Shown here: one piece after another, positions 39,995 to 49,884 of the stretch
Layout of the letters: each line of letters starts with the position of its first letter
How positions within the stretch are numbered: the first letter of the stretch is position 1
From: a virus
Taxonomy: Duplodnaviria > Caudoviricetes
Length of the DNA stretch: 53,204 nt
Direction: 5' to 3' (one strand)
IMG/VR virus record: IMGVR_UViG_3300020333_000061
Coordinates: 1 to 53,204 of that record
The notes under the pieces: generated by a model
Told to the model about the DNA's origin: nothing
Seen by the model: only the letters and a program-made list of their open reading frames with translations
Databases searched by the model: none
Translations under genes and position numbers: made by a program

Positions 39995-40933
39995 GTGGAT
40001 TACATTAGAGATAATAAAGATAAACCATTCATATATAAAAAACCATTTGATTATACTGTAGAAATACATTTAACTCATATGTGCAATTTTTTTTGTAGTG
40101 GGTGTAGTCATTATTCCAATTATAAACTTAATGGTTATTTATCTACTGAAAGATTTAAACATTATCTTGAAACTTGGAGTGATAAATTTAATAAATTACC
40201 GTTGGAATTTCGTTTACTCGGTGGAGAGCCAACTCTACATAGAAATTTAGTTGAGCTTATTGAGTTATCAAGAAAGTATATGCCTGATAATAATATTCTA
40301 CTTTTTACAAACGGAACTTATTTACATAAACATAAAAATTTAAAAGATGTTTTAATTGATAATAAAATAGTTTTAAAATTAACAGATCATTCACAAGAAA
40401 AAAAGTATCGTGATAAAATAGATCCAATTAGAGAAATATTATTAAAGTGGTCAGATGAAGGATTAGATTATCGTTCATATGATTATTCAACCGATTTTGG
40501 TTTTTCATCTGAAGCTACGGATAAAGGTGGTGGTAGGGGAGATAATACAAGTATTTGGAGAAAGCAATATAAAGGAGATGGCGTAACCATGAGACCTTTT
40601 GAAGATAACGAACCAAAAAAGAGCTATGAAATTTGTTGTTGTAGTTGGGCAAAGGGTGGGATAGCAAATATTCAGTTGTATGAAAATAAATTATGGAAAT
40701 GTCAACATATTGCATATTTAAAAGATGTTTTAACAAAATTTGGATTACAGACACATCCAAAATGGACACCATACCTTAAATATAAACCTTTAAGTAGTAA
40801 TGTAACATTTGATGAGATGGTTAGTTGGATGAAAAGAGAAGAAGAAGATGTTTGTAATATGTGTCCTGCTTATGATGACAAACGAGAAACGGTTTTAGAT
40901 AAAGATGTATTTGGAGAACGAAGATATGCATAA
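39995..40933 (+). CDS. Radical SAM enzyme (GTG start)
   Basis: CNFFCSGC, LGGEPTLH, FTNG; extra Cys in ICCC, WKC, CNMC. Confidence 0.9.
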   Translation: MDYIRDNKDKPFIYKKPFDYTVEIHLTHMCNFFCSGCSHYSNYKLNGYLSTERFKHYLETWSDKFNKLPLEFRLLGGEPTLHRNLVELIELSRKYMPDNNILLFTNGTYLHKHKNLKDVLIDNKIVLKLTDHSQEKKYRDKIDPIREILLKWSDEGLDYRSYDYSTDFGFSSEATDKGGGRGDNTSIWRKQYKGDGVTMRPFEDNEPKKSYEICCCSWAKGGIANIQLYENKLWKCQHIAYLKDVLTKFGLQTHPKWTPYLKYKPLSSNVTFDEMVSWMKREEEDVCNMCPAYDDKRETVLDKDVFGERRYA

Positions 40934-41735
40934 TATTTTTTGGTGTGGTGGCATCGATTCCACTTATTTGGTTTGTAAGCATTTGATTATAAATAAAGAA
41001 CCAATTGAGACTTATTATTTAAATTTTGAATGTGATGGTTATTATAAACCTTTTCCACTAGGCAGAGATAGTAAAGAGGTAGAAGTTAAAGTTATGGAAA
41101 AGTTAAGGGAAATGATAATTAAACAATTTCCTTATACTGAAAAGTTATTTCCACCAACAATAATGATAGATGAATTTCCAATAAATAAAGAAATATATAA
41201 GAAACTTAAATTTTTACATGAAGAACATCAATATAGATATAGGATAATATCACAAGAGTTATATATGATACAATATTCATTGGATGAGAATAAAATATTT
41301 GAATATTCTCTTGAAGATGGAATGTCCCTTGGAGTGGACGTAGGATATTTACCGACTGCAAAATTATTAAAAGAAAATTTCACAGAAGATTTTACAATAT
41401 CAACAGAAAAAATTCCTGAGTTGGAAATTTTAAAAAATTTACATCTTCCACTGTTTGAAACTTGGAGAAAGGATATGGTTGAAGAATCAAGAAAATATGA
41501 TTTTACAAATATACTAGAGAATACTTGGTCTTGTAGGTGGCCAAAATCTAATGGAGATATTTGTGGAAAATTAGAGAAAAATGGGGATGGTTTTGATTGT
41601 ACACATTTTATGTATGTTGAATTTGATAAACAACCTCAGTCAGAGATTGAAGAAGGATTTGTACGTTATTATAAAGATAATGAGTACGAAATTATTAAAA
41701 GAAAAATAAATTATCACGATATATTAAATGATTAA
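40926..41735 (+). CDS. PP-loop (QueC-like) enzyme
   Basis: WCGGIDST, LPLF...K.DM, TWSC..P....CG..C; start moved to ATG 40926. Confidence 0.7.
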   Translation: MHNIFWCGGIDSTYLVCKHLIINKEPIETYYLNFECDGYYKPFPLGRDSKEVEVKVMEKLREMIIKQFPYTEKLFPPTIMIDEFPINKEIYKKLKFLHEEHQYRYRIISQELYMIQYSLDENKIFEYSLEDGMSLGVDVGYLPTAKLLKENFTEDFTISTEKIPELEILKNLHLPLFETWRKDMVEESRKYDFTNILENTWSCRWPKSNGDICGKLEKNGDGFDCTHFMYVEFDKQPQSEIEEGFVRYYKDNEYEIIKRKINYHDILND

Positions 41736-42897
41736 AGATTATATAGTAAGTTTATTGATGGGATTTTCAGCAGGAGTTCCATTATTGATGACACTTTCTA
41801 TTCTACAGGCCTGGATGAAAGACTTTGGAATAGATTTGTCTATGATTGGTATATTTGGATTGGTGGGATTACCATATTCATTGAAGTTTACTTGGGCTCC
41901 ATTTTTGGATAGATTCTCATTACCATTTTTAGGTAGAAGAAGGGGTTGGTTATTATTAAGTCAAATTTTTATAATTTTAACTATGGTTGGAATATATTCG
42001 ATTGATATTTCCACTCAATTAATTCCTTTGGGAATGCTGTGTTTAATGTTATCATTCTTTTCTGCAACACAGGATATATTAGTAGATGCATATAGAAGAG
42101 AAAATGTGTCAGAACAACATTTACCTATGTCATCATCTTTATATGTTATTGGATATAGAGTTGGTATGGCAATAGTGGGTTCGTTGGGATTTATTTTATC
42201 TGATTATATGACATTTAATTTTGTATTTTTATGTTTATCGAGTTTAATGGGTGTTGGTATTATTACTACATTATTTTGTGATGAAGGTGATTATGTGGTT
42301 AAAGAAAGAGAATCAATAATAGAACCATTGTTAGATTATTTTCGTAAAAATAAAGCCATAGTTATATTATTATTTCTTTTTATGTATAAAATTGGTGATA
42401 TGTTAGCATTTTTTATGGGAACACCATATTATATGGATTTGGGATATACAAAATCTCAGATTGGATATATTAAATTTATTTCTACTTGGATGATTTTATT
42501 TGGAAGTTTTGTTGGTGGGGTTTTAATGGTCAAGTATAATAATATAATGAAAGGATTATTTTATTTTGGTTTGTTACAAATGATATCCACATTTGGATAT
42601 GTTATATTGGGTTGGGTAGAGCCGAGTCTTGTTTCACTTGGTATAATGTGGTCATTTGAAACCTTTTGTGCAGGATTAGGTATGTCAGTATTTATATCAT
42701 ATATTGCGTTACTTACTAATGTAAAGTTTACAGGAACACAATATGCCTTGTTGTCAAGTTTTGTTGCGATACCAAGAACTTTGTTTACTTCACAAACAGG
42801 ATTTTTAGTAGAGTCAATAGGTTGGGAATATTATTTTATATTTTGTACTTTACTTGCTATACCTGGATTAATATTACTGAAGTATTTAGATGAGTAA
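41728..42897 (+). CDS. ampG: AmpG-family MFS permease
   Basis: GFSAGVP, LPYSLKFTWAP.LD, GRRRGW, SATQDI.VDAYR, TQYALLSS; highly hydrophobic throughout. Confidence 0.88.
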   Translation: MIKDYIVSLLMGFSAGVPLLMTLSILQAWMKDFGIDLSMIGIFGLVGLPYSLKFTWAPFLDRFSLPFLGRRRGWLLLSQIFIILTMVGIYSIDISTQLIPLGMLCLMLSFFSATQDILVDAYRRENVSEQHLPMSSSLYVIGYRVGMAIVGSLGFILSDYMTFNFVFLCLSSLMGVGIITTLFCDEGDYVVKERESIIEPLLDYFRKNKAIVILLFLFMYKIGDMLAFFMGTPYYMDLGYTKSQIGYIKFISTWMILFGSFVGGVLMVKYNNIMKGLFYFGLLQMISTFGYVILGWVEPSLVSLGIMWSFETFCAGLGMSVFISYIALLTNVKFTGTQYALLSSFVAIPRTLFTSQTGFLVESIGWEYYFIFCTLLAIPGLILLKYLDE

Positions 42898-43447
42898 CTA
42901 CATAGTAAAAACAATCTTTACCAAAAAAGAATGTGATAAAATTCTTGAAATGGATAGAAGTTTTGTTAACAGATTTTATCATACTAATACATCATTTAAA
43001 AAAACATGGTTAAATGGAACACTTAGACCAGCAGAAGATAATATTTTAGATGAGGTAGTAAACGCTGAAGATTGGGTGTATGATAGACTAATGGAAAATA
43101 AGGACATAGGAAATTTTGCAACTTGTGAAGGATTATGGCCGTTAATTTTTAAAGAGTATCAAGTAGGTGATGAGATTGGAATGCATTTTGATAATGCTTT
43201 TGGTATAAGGAGAGTGACAGTTTCTATATGTTTAAATGAGGATTATGAGGGTGGGTTTTTACAATTTCCAAGTTGGAAATTTGATATGGATACTGGAAAA
43301 GATAATTTTAAAATAGTAGATGTAAAATTAAAAGTAGGACAAATGGTACAATTTCCGTTAATGTTATTACATAGGATTGCACCAATTACAAAGGGTGTTA
43401 GAAAGCAATTGGTAACTTGGTATACGGGAGAAGTTTTAAATTGGTAG
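42890..43447 (+). CDS. 2OG-Fe(II) oxygenase (prolyl-hydroxylase-like)
   Basis: HFD..LNEDYEGG..FP..LHRIAPITKGVR..LVTW. Confidence 0.88.
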   Translation: MSNYIVKTIFTKKECDKILEMDRSFVNRFYHTNTSFKKTWLNGTLRPAEDNILDEVVNAEDWVYDRLMENKDIGNFATCEGLWPLIFKEYQVGDEIGMHFDNAFGIRRVTVSICLNEDYEGGFLQFPSWKFDMDTGKDNFKIVDVKLKVGQMVQFPLMLLHRIAPITKGVRKQLVTWYTGEVLNW

Positions 43448-43453
43448 ATTTAA

Positions 43454-44029
43454 ATGATTGAAATAAGTGAATCAGTAATAGTTACAAAAGTTTTTAGTGA
43501 ATCAGAATGTCTTAAAGTGTTTGATTCTAAAGGCGAATTTGTTACAAGCCCACAAGATCAACAAGATGATGGAAAATATATAATTGTTCCAGATGAAAGT
43601 GATTATACTTTTGGTCATACTAATTTTCCATATTGGCATGTAGAATTTTCAGATGAAAACGAATGGTTTGTTAAAAAATTGAGAGAACACGTTACAGAGA
43701 TAAATGATAAATTTTTTAAATTTAAAAATAATGGTTTGTGGAATATGGGAATAAAGGAATATTCCGATCATCCAGACCATAATAATAGTTGTTCATGGCA
43801 TTTTGATGATATGAGTAGAGGTAAAAGGTTAGGATGTTCAACTACATTACATAATGCTATTGAAGGTGGGGAATTTGAAATTTTTAATGGTGAAAAAGTA
43901 TCTATAGATATAAAAGTGGGTGAAGTTGTAGTATTTCCTACTTGGCTTTTCCATAGAGTTAGCCCAGTACTTAAAGGAAAACGACTTTCACTGATCACTT
44001 GGATGAAGGGAGATCCCATTGATTTTTAG
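43454..44029 (+). CDS. 2OG-Fe(II) oxygenase (prolyl-hydroxylase-like)
   Basis: WHFD..EGGEF..FP..FHRVSPVLKGKR.SL.TW. Confidence 0.88.
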   Translation: MIEISESVIVTKVFSESECLKVFDSKGEFVTSPQDQQDDGKYIIVPDESDYTFGHTNFPYWHVEFSDENEWFVKKLREHVTEINDKFFKFKNNGLWNMGIKEYSDHPDHNNSCSWHFDDMSRGKRLGCSTTLHNAIEGGEFEIFNGEKVSIDIKVGEVVVFPTWLFHRVSPVLKGKRLSLITWMKGDPIDF

Positions 44030-44038
44030 GGTAGCGAT

Positions 44039-45016
44039 ATGATAAGTATAATATTTCATGATGTATTTAGTAGATTTCCAGAAGGAGTTGCTCATGAAGA
44101 TGAGGGAAAAGTTTTGTCCTACGAAGATTTTGGAAGAACAGCAAAATATTTGAAACAAAATAATATAGATTCATTTTCAGAAAATTTACCAGATGATTTA
44201 AAAGATAGAGGGGTGTATTGTTCTTCTAAATATGATAAAGTTATAGTAGTATCTCGTTCAATTGTGGTAGAGCAAATGTTATATAGTTTAGTTCAAAGTA
44301 ATGTTTATTATTATGGAGGACTTGCTATAACTAAAAATGTTGTTTTAGATTTTTTAAAAAGAAAGGGATTTAATGTACCAGATTTCGTTGTTAGTCCATC
44401 TACAAGAGAAGAGTTATTTGATAAGTTAGGTGATGATATTGTTGCAAAACCTATTGAGTATCTTACCCAGAAGGGTAAACTTGTACATAGAATATCTCAA
44501 AGTACAAAAAATATAGATTTAAATAGGTGGTTATTTCAAAAGTATGTAGGTAAAAAGATACAACCTTCATGGACACCTAGAGTTAACAGTTTATTTGGAA
44601 AAAATATTTCATATCATTCTAGTAAGTATTCTATAGCTGAGAATGAATCTTATGATAAAATTTCTAAACTTGAATATTATGCCAAAGCATGGTTAGAGGG
44701 TGCTAAATTTTTAACTACAAAGGTTGATGATGAAATATTAGATATATCGAAAAAAGTGTCAAAAGAACTTACTACACATTTTAGATGTGGAATTATTGGT
44801 ATAGATTTTGTAACTGATGATTTTAATATTCCCTGGATAGTAGAATGTAATTCTTCTAATGTTAGTTTACGGTCAGGAAAAAGTGTAGGATATCCAAAAC
44901 GACTCCAAGCAGTAGTTGATAAATTGGACTTAGACTATAAACCAGTTGATTCAATTTTAAATACACCTAAATTAATATCAGAAGCTTGTGTAAATTTTAT
45001 TGAGAATTTGATATGA
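44039..45016 (+). CDS. ATP-grasp fold ligase (RimK-like)
   Basis: K..L...GFNVP, IVAKP, LFQKYV, GIDFV..WIVECN. Confidence 0.75.
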   Translation: MISIIFHDVFSRFPEGVAHEDEGKVLSYEDFGRTAKYLKQNNIDSFSENLPDDLKDRGVYCSSKYDKVIVVSRSIVVEQMLYSLVQSNVYYYGGLAITKNVVLDFLKRKGFNVPDFVVSPSTREELFDKLGDDIVAKPIEYLTQKGKLVHRISQSTKNIDLNRWLFQKYVGKKIQPSWTPRVNSLFGKNISYHSSKYSIAENESYDKISKLEYYAKAWLEGAKFLTTKVDDEILDISKKVSKELTTHFRCGIIGIDFVTDDFNIPWIVECNSSNVSLRSGKSVGYPKRLQAVVDKLDLDYKPVDSILNTPKLISEACVNFIENLI

Positions 45017-45681
45017 AAAAATTAAATAAAATATATGATTTAGAAAAACTACAAATAGATAGAAAGTTTGTAGAAGAAAGATTTAAGTATGAGGATGGTG
45101 CTTTTGGACATTGTATATCATTACCGAGTATTTATGAGATAGCAGAATCACATAAAGAGCATCATAATAATGTACCATTGAGGGGAGTGTTAGATTATAC
45201 ACCATATTTCAAAGAAATTTTTGATAGTTTTGAAACAGAGATAACTGGATTTAGATTGTTGAGAAGAAAAGCACATTCATCTTATGGATTACATGAAGAT
45301 ACTGATATTGGTGAGGATGTAAAAAGAGTTCAAATACCCATTATTACAAATGATGATTGTTGGTTGGCGGCAACGGATTTAGATTATATACCAGAAGATA
45401 TTAGATTACTCTATGAAAAAGATGGAATAAAGAATGGTATCAACTGGACGGATGAAGTTCCTTATGATAAAGATGGTACTGCATTCAAGAACTTTAAAGA
45501 AAGATTTAAAGGACTCTATACATTGGTGCAATTCAAACCTGGAGTAATGTATCACGTTACATTTGCGAAGAAAATACATGGTTTATTTAATGAAGGTGAT
45601 ACAGATAGAATTACATTATTAATTGATGTAAAGGTAAATGATTGGTTGCTAGAATTTATTGAAGGGTTTGAATATTTTTAA
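45013..45681 (+). CDS. Asp/Asn beta-hydroxylase-like Fe(II)/2OG enzyme
   Basis: RL..LHED..RVQIPIITN..H..N.G..DRITLLID. Confidence 0.75.
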   Translation: MKKLNKIYDLEKLQIDRKFVEERFKYEDGAFGHCISLPSIYEIAESHKEHHNNVPLRGVLDYTPYFKEIFDSFETEITGFRLLRRKAHSSYGLHEDTDIGEDVKRVQIPIITNDDCWLAATDLDYIPEDIRLLYEKDGIKNGINWTDEVPYDKDGTAFKNFKERFKGLYTLVQFKPGVMYHVTFAKKIHGLFNEGDTDRITLLIDVKVNDWLLEFIEGFEYF

Positions 45682-45707
45682 ACTATTTATTTAAAAGGTT
45701 ACATTAC

Positions 45708-46133
45708 ATGAAAACAAAATCATTATTTGATCATATAAATCATATTACACAAAAACAAACAAAAGGTTATTGGGATTCACTAAACGAAACAGAGAAAAAG
45801 CAGTGGTCTAATTATATGATACATAGGTTTTTATCTATGAAGATGGAATGGGCAGATTTTGTAAATGAGATTCAAAAATTAAATCTTAAACCTAAACAAC
45901 TTTATTTAGTATATTCTAACGTATTACCAAAAGGTAAACAATATTTAAAATATATTAAGAAGAAGAAGGGTACTATTTATAATACACAAGTCATTCAGAA
46001 AATTTCGGAATACTTTCAAATCAGTCAAACAGAATCAGAAGATTATTTAAATTTGTTATCAAAAGATAAAATTAGAGAATTGATTTCTCTATATGGTTAC
46101 ACAAGTAAAGAATTAAAACAAATGGGATTATAA
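45708..46133 (+). CDS. Putative clamp loader small subunit (gp62-like)
   Basis: LFDHIN.I..YMIHRFLSM..VNE..LPK...YLKYIK..EA/SEDYL pattern; 141 aa. Confidence 0.6.
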   Translation: MKTKSLFDHINHITQKQTKGYWDSLNETEKKQWSNYMIHRFLSMKMEWADFVNEIQKLNLKPKQLYLVYSNVLPKGKQYLKYIKKKKGTIYNTQVIQKISEYFQISQTESEDYLNLLSKDKIRELISLYGYTSKELKQMGL

Positions 46134-46134
46134 A

Positions 46135-46557
46135 ATGAAAAAAGCAAAAGTTATAAGAGAAGCTAGTACAAGAAAAGGCTTAGAAGTGCCAGCATCATAT
46201 GGTACTGGAATCACGGATAAAGGTATAGTTACTATGATGGAAGAAGAATGGCCTCAGATGACTGCGGAGTTTCGTAGATTACAGAGGGCACAATACGAAT
46301 TGTTCTTATTTAAGCAGCATGATTATGGACCAGGAAATATTTCGGTAGGTTCACAATTACAAACACCCGAAGAAGTAAAGTTATCATTAACAGGTTTATG
46401 GTTTAGAATGAATGATAAGATACAACGATTAAAAACTTTGTTGATGGGTGATAGAGAAGCCGCAGTAAATGGTGAACCTATGGAAGATGCATTTCTTGAT
46501 GTATCCAATTATGGTATTATGGCAACAATCGTAAAAAATGGAAAATGGGGTAAGTAA
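46135..46557 (+). CDS. DUF1599 / nucleotide-modification-associated all-alpha domain
   Basis: KQHDYG..RMNDK..RL..E...DAFLD.SNY.IM. Confidence 0.7.
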   Translation: MKKAKVIREASTRKGLEVPASYGTGITDKGIVTMMEEEWPQMTAEFRRLQRAQYELFLFKQHDYGPGNISVGSQLQTPEEVKLSLTGLWFRMNDKIQRLKTLLMGDREAAVNGEPMEDAFLDVSNYGIMATIVKNGKWGK

Positions 46558-47428
46558 TTTGCCAGATAAATTAAAAGTTAGTTATTCACAATATTCTATG
46601 TGGTCTCAATGTCCTCATAGATGGAAATTAAATTACATTGATAGAATGTCTACCTTTACTGATAATATTCATACTTTATTTGGTACATCTATGCATGAAG
46701 TTATGCAGTTTTGGGTTAAGACTATCTATGAGGTTTCTGCTAAAGCTGCAAATGAGTTAGATTTAAATAATATGTTGTTGGCTAAAATGAAAAAATTATA
46801 TTCTGACCTTATGAAGGTAGAAGGGTCAGAGCACTTTACTACACCTGATCAATTAACAGAGTTTTGGCAAGATGGGTGTGCAATTTTAGATTTTTTAAAG
46901 AAAAGGCGTGGAGATTATTTTTCTAAAAAGGGATGGGTTTTAAAAGGTATTGAAACTGAATTGGATTATCCACTTACAGATCAAGTAGGTTTTAGAGGAT
47001 TTATAGATTTGGTACTTGAAAATACGATAAATCAGAAAATTAAAATTATAGATATTAAGACTTCTACAATGGGTTGGAATAAGTGGGCTAAAACAGATAA
47101 GAACAAAACAGATCAATTGTTGTTGTATAAACAGTTTTATTCAAAACAGTTTGATATACCAATGGATAAAATTAATGTAGAATATTTTATAGTTAAAAGA
47201 AAGTTATATGAAAAAGTAGAATGGCCTCAGAAAAGGGTACAGTCTTTTATACCAGCAAATGGGACTCCATCTATTAATAAAGTTTTAAATAATTTAAGTA
47301 ATTTTTTGGAAGATGGATTTGAGGGGAATACTCATAAACATAAAGATTATTTAAAAAATGCAAGTAAAAAAACTTGTAGGTTTTGTGAATTTAATCAAAC
47401 TGAACATTGTGATATGGGAGTTAAATAA
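46538..47428 (+). CDS. PD-(D/E)XK nuclease, Cas4/AddB-like with 4 Cys
   Basis: SYSQ..CP, FGTSMHE, GFIDLV..IIDIKT, QL..Y, CRFC..C. Confidence 0.85.
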   Translation: MENGVSNLPDKLKVSYSQYSMWSQCPHRWKLNYIDRMSTFTDNIHTLFGTSMHEVMQFWVKTIYEVSAKAANELDLNNMLLAKMKKLYSDLMKVEGSEHFTTPDQLTEFWQDGCAILDFLKKRRGDYFSKKGWVLKGIETELDYPLTDQVGFRGFIDLVLENTINQKIKIIDIKTSTMGWNKWAKTDKNKTDQLLLYKQFYSKQFDIPMDKINVEYFIVKRKLYEKVEWPQKRVQSFIPANGTPSINKVLNNLSNFLEDGFEGNTHKHKDYLKNASKKTCRFCEFNQTEHCDMGVK

Positions 47429-47883
47429 TGGAACGTAGACACCAGAATAGAGTAACATTGCGGATGTATTTACCAGATTTTATACAAAATTTAGATAGTA
47501 ATGTTGACGAATTACAAAAACTTTATAATGAAAATCATATGGCTATAACTTTATATTTGTGGTATGATAAAAATGATACTATTGATTTGGATGTTTTAAA
47601 AGAATTTATCAAAACCTGGGAATCTAAAAAATATTTTAGAACTATTATTAAAAGTAATTTTACAAATTTTTATCGTGAGTTTATATGGTTTGATATAATA
47701 CCATTAAAATATAAAGATAAGAGTTCACAAGTTAGGTTTTCATTTAGTTATCACAATAGCTCTCAACTGAGTGAGGGTCTTAAACATTTTGGTGAAATTT
47801 TAAGTTTTACAAATTCTACAAGACCAAAAAAGGTACAAAAAAGGACAGATCATAGTTATAATGAAAATAGCGATAGTCGGTAG
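47428..47883 (+). CDS. Hypothetical protein
   Basis: 151-aa ORF, TAATG-coupled to the upstream gene. Confidence 0.6.
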   Translation: MERRHQNRVTLRMYLPDFIQNLDSNVDELQKLYNENHMAITLYLWYDKNDTIDLDVLKEFIKTWESKKYFRTIIKSNFTNFYREFIWFDIIPLKYKDKSSQVRFSFSYHNSSQLSEGLKHFGEILSFTNSTRPKKVQKRTDHSYNENSDSR

Positions 47884-48262
47884 TAGGAAATACGATAATA
47901 AAATAAAAATAAAAGAGTTTATTTTCCAATGTAAAGAACAATTTGGAGATAAATTAGAAATAGTTAGTGGTGGATGTAAATATGGGGCAGATAAACATGC
48001 TAAACAGGTATCAATGGAGTTGGATTTAAGATATGTAGAATTTCCACCAGCACATTTTCCACATAATCAATATTGTGTTAGAGAAGCTTTTAATTATGGG
48101 AAACCTTATGCGGTATGGCATTATTTTGAAAGGAACGAGGAGATAGCAGACTATAGTGATATGGTTGTAGGTTTTATACCAGAGGGAGTTAAATCTAATG
48201 GAACCAACAATACATTAAAACACGCTGAAAAATTTAACAAAAAGGTTATTATTATAAATTAA
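47861..48262 (+). CDS. SLOG-fold (DprA/YspA/DUF2493-like) protein
   Basis: IAIVGSR, IVSGG..GAD, RN..I, S.GT. Confidence 0.8.
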   Translation: MKIAIVGSRKYDNKIKIKEFIFQCKEQFGDKLEIVSGGCKYGADKHAKQVSMELDLRYVEFPPAHFPHNQYCVREAFNYGKPYAVWHYFERNEEIADYSDMVVGFIPEGVKSNGTNNTLKHAEKFNKKVIIIN

Positions 48263-48298
48263 GTATATATTTATATATATGTATATATGGGATAAGAA

Positions 48299-48499
48299 AT
48301 GATTATGGATGAATTAAAATTAACATCAGTAAAAATTTTAGCAAGCCTACATAAAAGATTTAAAAGGTTTTGCTTAGAGGATGAGTTTACACTTCAAAAA
48401 CTGGTTAATAGATCGTTAGATTTATATACCACAGATGGGGAGTTTAAAAAGAAAATAGATGGTTATCAAGAATTAGAAAATTCAGGAAGTATGATATGA
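48299..48499 (+). CDS. Ribbon-helix-helix-like DNA-binding protein
   Basis: LTSVKI (strand), LHKRFK..C (helix), TLQKLVNRSLDLY (helix). Confidence 0.6.
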   Translation: MIMDELKLTSVKILASLHKRFKRFCLEDEFTLQKLVNRSLDLYTTDGEFKKKIDGYQELENSGSMI

Positions 48500-49884
48500 G
48501 TAGAAAAAAGATTTTACTTTTGTCGGATGATTTGAGAATGTCATCTGGGGTTGGTTGTGTTTCGAAAGAGTTTGTTTTAGGTACTGTTGGACATTATGAC
48601 TGGGTTCAGATAGGGGGAGCTATTAAACACCCAGATAAAGGTAAGGTATTTGATATGAAGGATGAGATTAAATCTCTACAACCAGAAATTGAAAATCCAT
48701 ACTTGATGATTTATCCAACAGATGGTTATGGTGATCAAGAATTAGTTAGGGCATTAATAAGGAGAGAAAAACCAGACGCAATTATGATTTATACAGACCC
48801 AAGATTTTGGGTTTGGTTATATCAAATGGAACATGAAATTCGGTCTAATATACCGATTTTTTATTATAATATATGGGATGATTTACCGTATCCAATGTGG
48901 AATGAACCTTATTATGAATCGTGTGATTTGATTATGAATATATCTAAACAAACTGTAAATATTGTTAATAATGTTTGGCATCAAGAACCACCTGAAGATT
49001 GGCAAGTAACTTATGTTCCGCATGGAATAAATCAAGATGTTTTTAAACCTTTACCGATAGATGATGAAGGGTATAAAAATTTTATGAAAGATAGTAAGCA
49101 TCCAGTTGAAGATTATGAATTTGTAGTATTTTATAACGCTAGAAATATTCGTAGAAAATTACCAGGTGATATTGTATTGGCATTTAGTAAATTTGTAGAT
49201 ATGCTTCCAGAAGAAAAGAGAGATAAATGTTTGTTGTTAATGCACACAAATCCAATTGATGAGAATGGAACTGACTTGATGGCGGTAGCTGATGCCGTAG
49301 CTAAAGGAAAAAATGTAAAATTCTCTGATGGCAAAATAACACCAGCACAATTAAATTATTTATATAATTTTGCAGATGTTACATTGCTTATTTCTTCAAA
49401 CGAAGGATTTGGATTAAGTACTGCGGAATCAGTAATGGCAGGTACTCCAATGATTGTGAATGTTACTGGTGGAATGCAAGACCAATGTGGATTTAGACTT
49501 GATGGTAAATTATTGACAGAAGAAGATTATGCAGAAATACATTCTTTACACGATGCGAAGAAGTGGAAAGATAATCCACGACTTACACATGGTAGTTGGA
49601 CAAAACCAATATGGCCTACTAATCGCTCACTACAAGGTTCACCACCTACACCATATATTTTTGACGATAGACCAAGTTTTGAAGATGTTGCTGAAAGATT
49701 ATATGAATGGTATCAGACACCAAAAGAAGATAGAGATAAGGCTGGATTAGAAGGTAGAGAGTGGATGTTGAGAGAAGATACTTGTCTTTCAGCTAAGAGA
49801 ATGAGTGAGAGATTTATAGAGGATATGGATAGGTGTTTTGAGAAATGGACACCAAGAAAACAATTTAAGTTATATGAGGCATAA
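48496..49884 (+). CDS. GT-B (GT4-like) glycosyltransferase
   Basis: SGVG, VPHGI, RNIRRK, EGFGLS.AES. Confidence 0.88.
   Translation: MSRKKILLLSDDLRMSSGVGCVSKEFVLGTVGHYDWVQIGGAIKHPDKGKVFDMKDEIKSLQPEIENPYLMIYPTDGYGDQELVRALIRREKPDAIMIYTDPRFWVWLYQMEHEIRSNIPIFYYNIWDDLPYPMWNEPYYESCDLIMNISKQTVNIVNNVWHQEPPEDWQVTYVPHGINQDVFKPLPIDDEGYKNFMKDSKHPVEDYEFVVFYNARNIRRKLPGDIVLAFSKFVDMLPEEKRDKCLLLMHTNPIDENGTDLMAVADAVAKGKNVKFSDGKITPAQLNYLYNFADVTLLISSNEGFGLSTAESVMAGTPMIVNVTGGMQDQCGFRLDGKLLTEEDYAEIHSLHDAKKWKDNPRLTHGSWTKPIWPTNRSLQGSPPTPYIFDDRPSFEDVAERLYEWYQTPKEDRDKAGLEGREWMLREDTCLSAKRMSERFIEDMDRCFEKWTPRKQFKLYEA

Noticed and set aside
33835-41735. QueC-like genes as a 7-deazaguanine DNA modification pathway
   Set aside because: No FolE, QueD or DpdA recognised in the window, and both PP-loop proteins are divergent; cannot be excluded for the rest of the genome.
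46538-47428. Cas4-like nuclease as a sign of CRISPR
   Set aside because: No repeat-spacer array or other cas genes seen; solo Cas4-like nucleases are common in phages.
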